Below, piece after piece: positions 1 through 13,134 of a stretch of DNA of 64,000 nucleotides (positions are counted from its first letter, which is position 1; the number at the start of each line of letters is the position of its first letter). A program made the position numbers and the translations under genes. The stretch covers positions 89,468,001 through 89,532,000 of the forward strand of contig NC_086108.1 in NCBI RefSeq assembly GCF_963921235.1, given 5' to 3'. The notes under the pieces were generated by a model. That model was not told the DNA's origin, did no database searches, and saw only the letters and a program-made list of their open reading frames with translations. The stretch comes from Mobula hypostoma (Eukaryota).

Positions 1-149
1 TCGTTTCATTGCTGGCATTCGCAGTAGTTGTCCATGTACCACCCTGCACTCCCTGGGCCATACTGTCCTTGGGCTTTTAGCTTTTACCAACACTTGCATA
101 TCTTTGGGGTGCATTTGGTGAACTTCAATCATTTCCCCGAGCTTGCACC

Positions 150-420
150 AGAATTCTGAATTCCACCAACACTCCAGATATCCAAAATTAATGTCAATCA
201 CCACTGACTCTGGACTGTATTCATGCATATGCAGACATCTCAGGACAATGGGTTACTTCTTGGTTTGCAATCAAATCCATTCTGCAGTTCCAAGAACACC
301 ATTGTTCTAAGCTGCATTTTAACCTTAATCAACAATTCACATTCATGTCTGAAGACTGATTACTGTTGAAATTAATGTTTGCTATACACCATAACTCCAG
401 AATACACCTCAACACTTACC
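150..420. repeat. Old duplicated segment, copy 1; copy 2 is 8740-8860 plus 12107-12430, split by a CR1
   Basis: Colinear diverged matches by eye: TCATGCATATGCAGACATCTCAGG-CAATGGG, CACATTCA..CTGAAGACTG, CTGTTGAAATTAAT.TTTGCTATA, CTCCAGAATA. Confidence 0.75.
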
Positions 421-499
421 GATCTGGAATTTCTTACCATTCTTAATTTCCAATTGGATTTCATGCTGACTACCTCATAGATCTTATAGACATTCCGTT

Positions 500-1243
500 T
501 TAAGATGGTGCTGGTGAAACGCAGCGACTATTTGCCAGTAGCAAACAAAACAAACAAAACTACTAACTACTTTTTTAATCACACTGTTTCTGGTAAAAAA
601 AAATCAGTGTAATCAATAACCTGCAACTTTCCTTTTGGGGCTGATCTGTTGAACCACCTGTAAGACCTGGCATTTTTGCTGTGTGAGCTCAAGCTTTGTG
701 GCTTAGCATGTACGGGCCAAACCAAGGTGTTGGGGCCCGCGCCTGAGAGCATATCGAAGCAGCAGGCCCAGGTCCGAGAGCAAGAAATAACCTGGAGCAT
801 TAATTAATTACTTTTCTTTCTATCTTCTATATTATGTATTGCACTAAATTGCTGCTGCTAAGTTAATAGATTTCATGGCACGTGCTGGTGATGATAGGCC
901 TGATCCGGTTTCTGAACGTCAGGCTGGGCTGATTGGAAAGGTCAGCGTGTCAGGGATGGGCCGGTTCAGCTCGCTGCACCACGCCATTTCCTCATCTCAG
1001 TGCTGAACTGAGGCTGTGGTCTGCAACTAATGAGCTGCACTGAAGGCTGGCTTTGTGGCTGTGGACTCACTTTCATGAACTTCAGTTCTGAATGTTGAAT
1101 GCTTACTTTTATTTTTGCACGATTTCTCTTTTTTTTCATAGGTTCTATTGGGTTTCCTTGGTCTTTAGCTGCCTCTAAGGAGAGGAATCTCAAGCTTGTA
1201 TATGGCATATATACTTTGATAATAAATGTACTTTGTACTTTGC
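500..1243 (+). mobile_element. Non-autonomous retroposon(s) ending in the Rex/Babar-type 3' tail, probably composite
   Basis: Ends in ATACTTTGATAATAAATGTACTTTGTACTTTG, the tail seen after Rex1-like RT fragments elsewhere (about 24920 and 41560). Confidence 0.5.
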
Positions 1244-1684
1244 AATGATTGACTCATGTTTGTTCTTCTCAACAAGTGAAAACATTCTCTCCAAATCCAT
1301 TCTAGTCAACTCTTGAAGTTTAAAGATAACTATTTATTGAGTCAGACCTCAGCCTTCCTTCCTCATGAGTCCTTCCTTTATAAAAGAACATCACATTTAC
1401 CTTCCCTGCATTTTCTCCTACACTGCCCTCATATCCATTCTGCGTCACAGCCATTGATCGTGCATCCAGTATGGACTAACCAGGGTTTAATTCAGTTAGA
1501 ACATAGGGCATTACAGCACAGGAACGGCCATTCCGCTCATAGTGTTATGTCAAAGCAATTAAGTTAGTAATCAAATGCTCAAGTAACGTAATGCCTCTGC
1601 CTGCTGAAAGTCCATAAAGATGCTGAAGTTATAGAAATTACACATCTTCTCTTGGGCATTGGCTAACTTGATTCCTCTACCTTT

Positions 1685-2552
1685 TTGAACAAATGATTTG
1701 GATGTTTCAATTGATGACATTGTGGCCATGTTTGCAGATGATTCAAAGATAGGTGGAGGGGCAGGTCGTGTTGAGGAAGCAGGAAGTCTGCAGAAGGATT
1801 TAGATAGATTAGGAGAAAAGGCTAGGAAGTAGCAGATAGAATACAATGTAGGGAGGTGTATGATCACGCATTTTGGTAAAAGGAGTAAATGTGTAAACTA
1901 TTTTCTAAATGGGGAGCAAATTCAGAATTTGCAAAGGGACCTTGGATTTCCACTGTAGAATTCCCCCAGGGTTGATTTGCAGGTTGCAACAGTTTTAAGG
2001 AAGGGAAATGCAATGTTACCATTCATTTTGAGAGGACTAGAATATAAAGGGAAGGATATAATGCTGAGACTTTATAATGAACTGGTAAGATCACATTTGG
2101 AGCATTGTGAGCAGTTTTGGGCCCCATATCTAAGAAGGAATTTGCTGGCATTAGAAAGAGTCCAGAGGATGTTTTCAAGAATGATCCTGAAAATTAAATG
2201 GTATATAATATAATACAATATAATATAAGCGTATATAATATAAGGAGAATATAAGGCGTGTTTGATGGCTCTAGGCCTCTACTTGCTGGAGTACAAAAGG
2301 AGGATCTCATTGAAACCTACCAAATATTGAAAACCCTAGATAGAGTGGATGTGGAGAGGATATATCAAACATTGGGAGAGTCTAAGACCAGAGGGCACAG
2401 CCTAGAATAGAAAGACGTCCATTTAGAATAGAAATGAGGAGGAATTTCTTTAGCCAGAGGGTGGCAATTCGGTCAAATTTATTGCTTCAGATGACTGTAA
2501 CCACCAAAGTATTGGACGGTCTAATTCTGCTCCTACGTTTCCTGGTCTTATC
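1685..2552 (+). mobile_element. CR1 LINE 3' fragment, degenerate
   Basis: FADDSKIGG, LVRSHLEHCEQFWAPYL and LERVQR motifs, followed by a CR1-type 3' UTR. Confidence 0.9.
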
Positions 2553-3233
2553 ACTCTTATCCAAAATTCTTATCATTCAGGCAACAGAAGTATAGACGTA
2601 AGGATAGTTAAGCACTTGGTAAAAAAATGGCTCACATAAGATCTCACATTTAAGCTTATTTCTGGGACACCTCTGCACATAGGGAGCAGTTATGATTAAG
2701 TTCAAGTTCAAATTTTAAATTTAATTGCCATACGAAACAGCATTCCTCCAGGACCAAGCTACAAAACACAATATCAACAGTCACACTCAACACAGAGCAC
2801 ATATAGTTAAGTTAGCACATACAGTTACAATAATAATAATAACCCCATTCCGAGAAATGGAGGGATTCCTTGTGGCAATACAGGATCAGGTGATTAACAC
2901 AAAATAATTATCTAAAATATACAATAATAGACCAACAAATTCAAGACAATAAATGCAGAAAATACCAAGAGAAACCAGAAACAATCCAACACATTACAGG
3001 ATCCTGCAGCAGTTTAACTCAATCTGCTTACTTACACAGGCCCAATCAAGCAGCAAATATCATTCACCAAAATCTTGCTTTAAAATACAAACTCATAAAA
3101 GACACTATAAATACAAGTCTGATCAAGTTTTACAGCCAAAGTCCTACCAATTATAATACAACTGATCAATTATTACAGATAAGACAATTGATAATAATTG
3201 TCCAGATATAAAATTACAGGATAAACAAGCAAG

Positions 3234-3652
3234 TGTCACGGTTCCGACCGTTAAGTCCCCATTTTCTCCTAATTCCCTTTGATGGCGGTACACCTGGTTC
3301 TCATCAAGACCTGCAGAATAAAAACCCCAGCTTTGTATCTACTGGTTGCCAGATCGTTGTTTTAGCCACTGTGGTAATTAACGTTCCTGGCCACTTAGGA
3401 TTGTGTATTCTAAGTTTTACTTCAGTACCGAGGTTTACCTGCGTAACTCTGTCTCTCCACATCAAGAGAAGTATTGTTTACCGCTTGCCTTTCTACGCTC
3501 CGTGTCAAGATAAGTTTTCTGCCTGCTTCCTACTTTCCTGTTCACCCTCCTGTTTGCTGCTCAGCTCCAGCCACTCTCACACCCTCATCTGCATCCTAAC
3601 TCAATCTCCGTGCCAGTGTCCTGCGTTTGGGTTCGCCCCGCTCCTTGCAACG
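3234..3652 (+). mobile_element. Solo LTR (Gypsy-like), 419 bp
   Basis: Starts TGTCAC and ends TGCAACG (CA>CG); perfect 5-bp TSD GCAAG at 3229-3233 and 3653-3657; 3' end resembles that of the LTR at 45061-46603. Confidence 0.8.
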
Positions 3653-4331
3653 GCAAGAACAAATTACTTAATAGATATAGCCATTCCAAACACACACGGC
3701 ATAGAGAAATCAATAAGTGAAAACAACAAAAATATGCTGAATTAAAAGAGGAAATTAGAAGACTATGGGACATGAACAGAGTATACATTGTCCCAGGAGT
3801 AAAATCTACAACTGGTATCAATCACTACACAATAGCATTAAACAATTAGGCCTACACAGTTATATTTATGTAGATCTCCAGAAAGTCTCAATACTAAACA
3901 CCACTAGAATAGTTTGAAAGTTCATAGAAATTGAGAAATGAATGCCCAGTGCGCTTGGCTATGCTAGTACCTCAGATTTTACCAGCTTGAGCTGAGAAAA
4001 AATAAATAATAACAAGTTCATGAGTGACATGGCCTGAAGATTGGTGGTGCATGGGATGTTGTCCTGGAGCTATGTTTCTGCAAGAACAAGTACTCAGCAG
4101 TTCCTCATCATGTGCTAGTGCAGCCACAGATGAACACAATCCATCTGGTCTTCCTGGGAGCAAACACTGGCAAGCAGCATGATAAGAGGGCCCAGCCCCC
4201 AACCCAACGCGCTTACCACACCTCTGCTCCCCCCACAGTTCCTCCGGTGCCTCCTTCCCTTGGTGGCTGCAATGGCTAATGCCATGTGTTACATACCTCA
4301 TGAATATCTTGTGACTGTCTTATGAGGATGA

Positions 4332-5153
4332 TGTAATGGTCTTGCGGAGGTCACATGATGTAATTTTCCTGCCGATGTGAGGTCATGTGATAACCTGTTC
4401 TCACCAGGTATATAAGAGTAGACCCCTGGTGACGCAGTTAGATTTCAGTTAAATCGTCAGTGAGGTACTCCGCTATGCTGCTTATTTGCCTTATGACGCA
4501 GTTTAATTTTTAATTGGAGTTTTACTGTCTATTGTAAGGTACAGAAGTGTTGGGCTGGCAGTTTCACCAATAGCTGCCAGATTTGTTGATTATCTTTTCA
4601 GTAGTATTGGACAGTGAAGACGGAAACCTGAAGGAGTTGTTCGGCAGTATTGGAGAGGATCGACCATTATTGAATTCATTCAAGAAAGAGTGATCTGCAT
4701 GAGATAACCTCTGCCTCTGCTAAAGCCGAAAAGGTTGTGCAGCGTCTCTTCTACAGAGGAAAAGGTCAGTTCCTCTTAAGCCGTTTATTTCCATCATCGT
4801 GAATCCTGTGGACAAGACAGATTCCGACTGGGATCAGCGTAACGTCAAGTCTTCGAGGAATTCTTTACTTCAGGAAAGTCTCTCCTAATTGACTGTATAA
4901 GTCTCTTAGACTTTAAAATTTACCATTCTAAGAACTGTGTTCTAATTTACCACTTTAAGACTGTGTTCGCATTTACCGCTTTAAGAACTAGTACTGAGTC
5001 TGGCGGTTTGTTAAATGGCCGCATAGCAGTTTACTTCCGGTTAAGGTTTTCGTTTGTTTATCTTTTTACTAATATTAAGCAGAGTTTAATAAATGTTTAT
5101 TTGTTTCTAAAACCTGCCTCATTTCTATATTCATTGTTGCCGGTCACGTGACA
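4332..5153 (+). mobile_element. Probable solo LTR, about 820 bp
   Basis: TGTAA...TGACA termini, TATATAA near 4409, AATAAA near 5089, CpG richer than flanks; flanking 5-mers only partly match (GATGA/CATGG). Confidence 0.65.
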
Positions 5154-6264
5154 CATGGCATGAGAGCCTGGCTCCTGTAACGTCAGAGGCCAAACAGCTC
5201 TCGCACCATCAGCCTTGCTAATGAACTAATGAACTGGACTTGCGGTTACAAGAAAAATGTCTAAGACAATCATTTGCATAGATTTTTGGAATGTGCACCA
5301 CCTTCAAAGCCTTCCTCCCAGGCTGACTCTAGCAGGCATGTCTCCGTATGCAACAATCCTATGCTGCTCTGCTCCACCACTATCCAGCAACTAGCTAGTG
5401 AGGTAGATCTGCAGTAACTGGTGTCCTTAATATCCAGCAGTGTCTTACGATCTTAGGGAAGACATAAAGGATGAATAATGGGTTGGACCCAGAGAGGCTG
5501 CTGTGACCAAACACTCAGCTACCCTACCGGCAAATAATAAGAGCCAATTATTCTGTCAAACTGATAACTTGAATTCTTGACATAGATGCTCTGGGGGCTC
5601 TAGTTAATTGGAGGAATCAGTTTAACCAATGCCTGAGAGAGATGTGCAAGTTCTGTAACCTTCATACATTAATCATCTTCCACTGAAAAGTCACAGGTCC
5701 ACACTTAGAAACCCAGGATTCCCAAGTACAGGTTGAAGTTGAAGCTCAGGATTCGCAAATATAGTTTGAAATCTGGTTTATGCTAATGATAACTATCAAT
5801 CACAGCATATGGAGTCCAATGGGACAGCACAGATTTCAAAGATTATGCAGCACTTAAGTTGGGAAATCTGTCCATGGACCTGCAGGACTATTAAAATCAA
5901 TGGGAAGAAGTGACGTTCTTAGAGTGGTGATTAGCTAATTTCACCTTTACTGGTCACCACACCATATGGAAGATAGTGGAGGAGAGGGTGCAGAGGAGAT
6001 ATGCCAGGATACTAATCAGAATGGAACATGTCTGCCATGAGGAGAGACTGAAGAGGTAACCTTTGAACCTTTGAAAAAAGATGTACGAGTTAGGGTTAGT
6101 AAATTGTTGGCATATTATGTTGGTGCTAGAAGCATGTAGACACTTGAGGGCTGCCCCCAGCATATGTCAAACTGTGTTCGCCACTGATACAAACACATTT
6201 CACTGTATATTCAGATGTTTTGATGTGCATGGGACAAAGGAGGCTAACTTCCTGCATCTCTAAT

Positions 6265-8146
6265 CCATAAGACCATTAGACCATAAGATATAGGAGCAGA
6301 AGTAGACCATTCTGCTCATCGAGTCTGCTCCGCCATTCAATCATGGGCTGATCCGATTCTTCCAGTCATCCCCACTCTCCTGCTTTCTCCCCATACCCTT
6401 TGATGCCCTGGCTAATCAATAACCTAAATATCTCTGTCGTAAATGCACCCAATGACTTTGGCAACAAATTCCACAGATTTACCACCCTCTGACGAAAGTA
6501 ATTTTTCTGCATCTCTGTTCTAAATGGACATCTTTCAATCCTGAAGTCGTGCCCTCTTGTCCTGGGCTACCCTACCATGGGAAATAACTTTGCCATATCT
6601 AATCCGTTCAGGCCTTTTATCATTCGGAATGTTTCTATGAGATCCCCCCTCATTCTCCTGAACTCCAAGGAAAACAGCCTAGGAGCTATCAGACGTTCCT
6701 CATACAGTAACCCTTCATTCCTGGAATTATTCTTGTGAATCTTCTCTAAACTCTCTCCAATATCAGTATATCCTTTCTAAAATAGGAAGCCCAAAACTGC
6801 AGACAATACTCTAAGTGTGGTCTCATGAGTGCCGTATAGAGGCTCAACGTCACATCCCTGCTCTTATATTCTATACCTCTAGAAATTAATGCCAACATTA
6901 CATTCGCCTTCTTCACCACCGACTCAACCTGGAGGTCTGCACAAGGACTCCCAAGCCCCTTTGCATCTCTGCATTTTGAATTTTCTTCACATCTAAATAA
7001 TAGTCTGCCCGTTTATTTCTTCCACCAAAGTACATGACCGTACACTTTCCAACATTGTATTTCATTTACTACTTGTTTGCCCATTTCCCTAAATCATCTG
7101 TCTCTCTGCAGGCTCTTTGTTTCCTCAACACTACCCCCTCCTCCACCTATCTTTGTATCATTGGCAAATTTAGCCACAAATCCATTAATCCCATTGTCCA
7201 AATCATTGACACACATCATAAAAGCAGCGGTCCCAGCACCAACTCCTGTGGAACTCCACTGGTAACTGGCAGCCAGTCAGAATAGGCTCTCTTTATTCTC
7301 ACTGTCTGTTTTCTGCTGATCAGCCAATGCTCCCCCCATGCTGGTAACTCCCCTGTAATTCCATGAGCTCTTATCTTGCTAAGCAGCCTCATGTGTGGCA
7401 CCTTGTCAAAGACCTACTGAAAATCCAATTACACTACATCCATTGCATCTCATTTTTTCTACCCTGTTTGTAATTTCCTCAAAAAATTGCAGTAGGTTAG
7501 TCAGACAGGATTTTCCTTTCAGGAAACCATGCTGGCTTTAGCCTATCTTGTCATGTGCCTCCAAGTACTCCGTAATCTCATCCCTAACAATCAATTCCAA
7601 CAACTTCCCAACCACTGATGTCAGGCTAACAGGTCTATAGTTTCCTTTCTGCTGCCTCCTGCCCTTCTTAAATTGTGGAGTAACATTTGCAATTTTCCAG
7701 CCATCCAGTACAGTGTCAGAATCTATCGCTTCTTGGAAGATCATTGTTAATGCCTTCGCAATCTCTCCAGCTACTTCCTTCAGAACCTGTGGGTGCAATC
7801 CATCAGGTCCAGGAGATTTATCCACCCTCAGACCATTAAGCTTCCTGAGCACCTTCTCAGTCGTAATTTTCACAGTACATACTTCACTTCCCTGACACTC
7901 TCAAATGTCTGGTATACTGCAGATGTCTTCCACTGTGAAGACTGATGCAAAATACGCATCCAGTTCCTCTGCCGTTCTGCGTCTCTCATTACAATATCTC
8001 CAGCATCATTTTCTATTGGTCCTATATCTACCCTCAACTCTCTTTTACCCTTTATATACTTCAAAAAGCTTTTAATATATTCTTTGATATTGGTCGCTAG
8101 CTTCTTTTCATAATTTATCATTTCCTTCCTAATGACCTGCTTAGTA
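6265..8146 (-). mobile_element. CR1 LINE, 5'-truncated ORF2 (RT) plus 3' UTR
   Basis: KSPGPDGLHP, GNYRPVSLTSVVGK, SGVPQ.LVLGPLL; (TCTTATGG)n-like tail at about 6265-6288. Confidence 0.93.
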
Positions 8147-8291
8147 TCCGTAATCTCTATTTCTCCCTGGAGTTTGGGAGGGTTCTGGGGTTCATAGGGT
8201 AGATTGCAGGAAACATTTCCCTCATATCAGAGGTGAATAAAACTAGAGGGCATAGATTTAGGGTAAGGAGTATATATACAAAAAATCTATT

Positions 8292-8632
8292 TATGATATC
8301 CCCCTATGTCTTTTGGTTCCACACATAGATGACCATTCTGGTCTTCAGGAGGACCAATTTTGTCTCTTGCAATCCTTTTGCTCTTAACATATTTGTAGAA
8401 TCTCTTAGGATTCTCCTTCACCTTGTCTGCTAGGGCAACTTCATGCCTTCTTTTAGCCTTCCTGATTACTTTCTTAAGTGGTCTCTGGCACTTCTTATAC
8501 TCCATAAGGACCTCATTTGGTCCTACCTGCCTATACCTGTGATGCACCTCCTTTTTTCTATTAAGCAAAGTTTTAATATTCTTGAAAACCAAGGTTTCCT
8601 CTACTTGTCATCTTTACCTTTTATTCAGACAG
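8292..8632 (-). mobile_element. CR1 ORF2 internal fragment
   Basis: IRKAKRRHEVALADKVKENPKRFYKYVKSKR, typical of the CR1 endonuclease-RT linker. Confidence 0.85.
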
Positions 8633-11199
8633 CCTGTTAGAATAACAGGTAAAGGTAACAAGTGTAGGAAACCATGGTTCGATAGTTATAGTGCATTCAA
8701 AACGCTTCCTCTGATTTACAGATGATTTTCAAACACCTAGATCTTCCCTCCAGCACTGCCAAAATGAGTGTTAATCACAGCTGTCTTTGAGCTGCATTCA
8801 TATATATGCAGACATCTCAGGTGAATGGAGTGTTTATCGTATTCATGCACAAGCAAAAAAGGAAAGAGGGATGGTAGTTTGCCTCCCAAAGCCCGCAATG
8901 TTTCTGAACGCATCCACAATATCCTGAAAAGGGAGGGAGAGCAGGAAGGGAGGGTACATATTGATACCAATGACATAGGTAGAAACAGGAAGGAGGTCCG
9001 GAAAAAATAATACAGGGAGTTAGAAAGGAAGCTGAGAAGCAGGACCTCAAGGGTAGTAATCTCGGGATTGCTGCCTGTGCCTCGTGACAGTGAGGAAAGG
9101 AATAGAATGAGGTGGCAGTTAAAAGTGTGGCTGAAGAATTGAAGCAGGGGGCCGGGATTCAGATCTCTGGAAAATTGGGACCACTTCTTGGGCAGGTGGG
9201 ACCAGTACAAAAGGGATGGGTTGTGCTTGAATGTGAGGGGGACCAAGACTCCTGCTGGCAGGTTTACTAGAGCTGTTGGAATGATTTAAACTGATACAGC
9301 AGGGGGGGGATGGGAGCCAGTGTGATGGAGCTGAGGATGAGCCAGCAGGTTTACAAGTAGATGATGGGTGTAACATGAATGTAAGGAAGGACAAGCCAAT
9401 GATTGGGTACAAATGCAGACAGAGCAAAGAGTTAAGTTGTAGCACATAAGCAAAATTCAAAAGGGCGAGGAATGCAGGACTGAAGGTGCAGAATTTAAAT
9501 GCGCGTAGCATTTGGAATATGGTGGATGAACACATGGCACAATTAGAGATTAGTCAGTATGATGTTGTGGGTGTTACTGAGTCATGACTGAAAGAATGAA
9601 AGACTGAAAGAATAAAAGCTTAACGTCAAAGGATATATTTTGTATTGAAAGGACAGGCAGGAAAACACAGTGTTGCTCTATGGGTAAGATATGGAATTAC
9701 ATCTTTAAAAAAAGGTGACGTAGGGTTAGAGAATACTGAATCATTGTGGGTGGAGTTAAGAAACTGCAAGGGTGAAAAATAAAACATTATGGGAATCTTA
9801 TATAGGCCTCCAACTAGTAGCCAAGATGTGAGGTTGAGATTGCAAAGGGAGCTTGAAAAAGCATGTAATAAAGGTAATGATGCTATTGTAATGGGGGATT
9901 TCAGTTTGGAAAGGGATTGGGAAAATCAGCTTGGTGTCGGATCACAAGAGAGAGAATTTGTTGAATCCCAATGAGATGGCTTTTTAGAGCAGCTTGTGCT
10001 TGAGCCTACTCGGGGAAAGGCTATCTTATGGATGTTGTGTAATAACCCAGACCTTATTCGGGTGCTTAATGTAAAGGAACCCTTAGGAGTCAGTGATCAT
10101 AATATGATTGAATTCACACTGCTATTTGAGAGGGAAAAGCATAAGTTACATGTATCAGTATCACAATGGACTAAAGGGAATTACAGAGGCATGAGAGAGG
10201 AGCGTTCCCATGTGAATTGGAGAAGGATACTGACGGGGATGATGGCAAGGCAGAGATGGCTGGTTTCTTGGAATGGTTCACAAGGCGCAGGATAGACATG
10301 TCCCACAGAAGAATAAGTTCTCAAATGGCAGGGCTAGGCAACCAGGGCTGACAAGGGAAACTAAGGACTGCATAAACAACGAAAGGGCATATAAGGTAGC
10401 AAAAGCAAATGGGAAGTTCAATGATTGGGAAGCTTTTAAAGTCCAACAAAAGAAAACTAAAAAAAGCTACAAGAAGGAAAAGATGAAATATGAGGGCAAA
10501 CTAGCCAATAATATAAAACAGGATACCAAATGTATTTTAAGTTATATCAAGAGAAAAAGGGATGTGAGGGTTGATATTCAACCACTGAAAAATGATGTGC
10601 TTGAGGTAGTAATGGAGGACAAAGAAATGGCAGATGAATGTAATGGATACTTTGCATCTATCTTCACTGTGGAAGACCCTAGCACTGTGCCAGAGGTCTG
10701 TGAGTGTCAGGTACAGGAGTGAGTACCATTGCTTTTACAAAGGAAAAAGTGCAAGGCAAACTCAAAGGTCAAAGGTGGATAAGTCACCTGAACCAGCTGG
10801 ACTACATTCCAGAGTTCTGAGGGAGGTTGCTATTGAGATAATGGATGCATTGGTCATGATCTTTTAAGAATCACTTGATTCTGGCATGGTCCCAGAGGAC
10901 TGCAAGACGGCAAATGTCACTCCACTCTTTAACAGGATTGACACTCTTTAACAGGAGTGGAGGAAGGGAAAAGAAAGGAAATTATAGGCCAGTTAGCCTA
11001 ACCTCAGTAGTTGGAAAAATGTGGGAGTATATTATTAAAGATGAGGTTTCGAGATACTTGGAGACTAATGATAAAATAAGTCAAAGTCAACATGGTTTCT
11101 GTAAAGGGAAATCTTGCCTGGTAAATCTATTCTTCGAGGAAGTAACAATCAGGGTGGACAAAGGAGAGACAGTGGAAGTAATTTACATGGATTTTCAAA

Positions 11200-11480
11200 A
11201 TCCTTTTTCTCCCTCTGTCCCTCTCACTATACTCCTTTCCCATCCTCTGGGCTTCATCCCTCCCCCTTTCTTTCTCCCTAGGCCTCCCGTCCCATGATCC
11301 TCTCATATCCCTTTTGCCAATCAACTGTCCAGCTCTTGGCTCCATCCCTCCCTCTCCTGTCTTCTCCTATCATTTTGGATCTCCCCCTCCCCTTCCCACT
11401 TTCAAATCTCTTACTAGCTCTTCTTTCAGTTAGTCCTGACGAAGGATCTTGGCCCGAAACATCGACTGTACCTCTTCCTA
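11200..11480 (+). mobile_element. Penelope-like terminal fragment inside CR1
   Basis: Closely matches the reverse complement of about 20346-20620, which is linked to a GIY-YIG-type C-terminus. Confidence 0.8.
11431..11468 (+). ncRNA. Minimal type I hammerhead ribozyme motif (Penelope-associated)
   Basis: TAGTC-CTGACGA-A-GGATCTTGGCCC-GAAAC-ATC-GACTG: CUGANGA and GAAA boxes, stem I AGUC/GACU, stem II with one mismatch, NUH triplet AUC. Confidence 0.7.
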
Positions 11481-12106
11481 CAAACGCAATGTTGGCTTTT
11501 ATTTGAAGGGGAATAGTATATAAAAGCAAGGAGATAATGCTGATGCTTTATAAGACACTAGTCAGGTCGCACTTGGAATATTGTCAACAGTTTTGGGCCC
11601 TCTTATCTCAGAAAGGATATGTTGTCATTGGATGATTTTGGGAATGAAAGGGTTAACATATGAGGAGCATTTGGCAGCTTTGGGCCTGCACTCAGGGGAA
11701 TTTATAAGAATGCAGGGGGATCTCACTGAAACCTACTGAAAGTTGAAAGGACTAGATAGGGTGGATGTGGAGAAGATGTTTCCTATGGTGGAGGTATCCA
11801 GAACCAGAGAGTATAGCCTCAAAATTCAGGGGCGACCTTTTAGAACAGAGATAAGGAGGAATTTTTTTAGCCAGGGAGCAGTGAATCTGTGGAATGATCT
11901 GCCACAGACTTTAGTGAAGACCATGTTCGTAGGTATATTTAAAGTGAAAATTGATGGTTACCTGACTAGTCAGGGCATCAAAGGATATAGCAAGAAGGCA
12001 GGTGTAGGGGGTTGAGTGGGATCCGGTATCAGCCATGATGGAATGGTAGAGCAGACTCGATAGGCTGAATGGCCTAATTCCTCTCCAATGTCTTATGGTC
12101 TTATGG

Positions 12107-12262
12107 ATCCCTCTGGCCAATGGGGTGATTATTGCAATCATGCATATGCAGACATCTCAGGTCAATGGGGTGTTTTTTGCAATCATGCATATGCAGACAT
12201 CTCACGTCAATGGGGTGTTTATTGCAATCATGCATATGCAGACATCTCAGGTCAATGGGGTA
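12107..12262. repeat. 45-bp minisatellite, about 3.5 units, with about 1.5 more at 8793-8856
   Basis: Unit TGCAATCATGCATATGCAGACATCTCAGGTCAATGGGGTGTTTAT repeated in tandem. Confidence 0.92.
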
Positions 12263-13134
12263 TTTCCTGGTCTGCATTCAACCCCAGTCTGCAGCTCCAG
12301 AAAGATTATTTTTCTGACCTACATTTTAAATTCAATCTACAATCCACATTCAGACCTGAAGACTGGTTGCTGTTGAAATTAATATTTGCTATATTCCATA
12401 TCTCCAGAATATGCCCGAACACTGATAATCTTATTAAGACAGTGGACAAATGAATCATTTAGAAATATCAATTGCAAATATGATTGTTAAATTTCTGGCT
12501 ACTTAACAGCTGATTACTAATAACAAATATATTAAAGTAATAAGTTTTAAATTGCCTTCTTTTTGACTGATGCTGTTGAAATAGATAATTTAAGTAAATA
12601 AGCTTCTTTTAATTAATCATTTCAGCACTTGGATGTGGATTTCTGACACAGCATTGTGCCCACGCCATAATATGAGAAGAGAAAGTCTGTCTCACTGTCC
12701 TGATTAAAAGGATACTGTTTTTCAAATATAAGTAAATAGATTCCATTCAAACATCTGTAAATCTCAAATGATGATCTTCTTTGAAATACTTATGGCATTA
12801 AATAAATACCACAGAGTAATCAATTGTCAGAAATAATCTGAAAACGTGATGTACACTTCTACAGAAGCCACTTTTATCCTGAAAATACTAAATTACAAAA
12901 TTCTGTAAACTGAAGAACATGATTTCAATTATCTCATGTAGAAGTACGGACTCAAACAGCTGTCAAAAATCTTAAATAATGTAATACAAATAAAAGAATG
13001 TTATGATGGTGGAATTTTGAAACACAAGTAGAATATCCTCAAAATCCTCAGCAAATCTGCTTCATCTGTGAAGTAAGAAATATTGTTTCAATATGATGAA
13101 TCTTCTTTGATGGATAAGCATGCTTCTGGGTTAA

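Larger units (their letters stand above)
8862..12106 (+). mobile_element. Long degenerate CR1 LINE: ORF1 esterase remnant, APE endonuclease, partial RT, 3' UTR
   Basis: ORF1-like VHIDTNDIGR; endonuclease LNARSI, YRPP, GDF, SDHN; GNYRPVSLTSVVGK; tail TCTTATGGTCTTATGG; many stops and frameshifts; RT core replaced by a Penelope piece. Confidence 0.92.

Noticed and set aside
1..440. Minus-strand exon suggested by GGTAAG donors near 420 and 438 and an open frame to the window edge
   Set aside because: No recognisable protein, and the donors are not kept in the duplicated copy near 12425
12088..12453. Repetitive 121-aa ORF (and the overlapping frames) as a gene
   Set aside because: Frames stay open only because the 45-bp unit is a multiple of 3; the start lies in a CR1 tail and no protein family is recognisable
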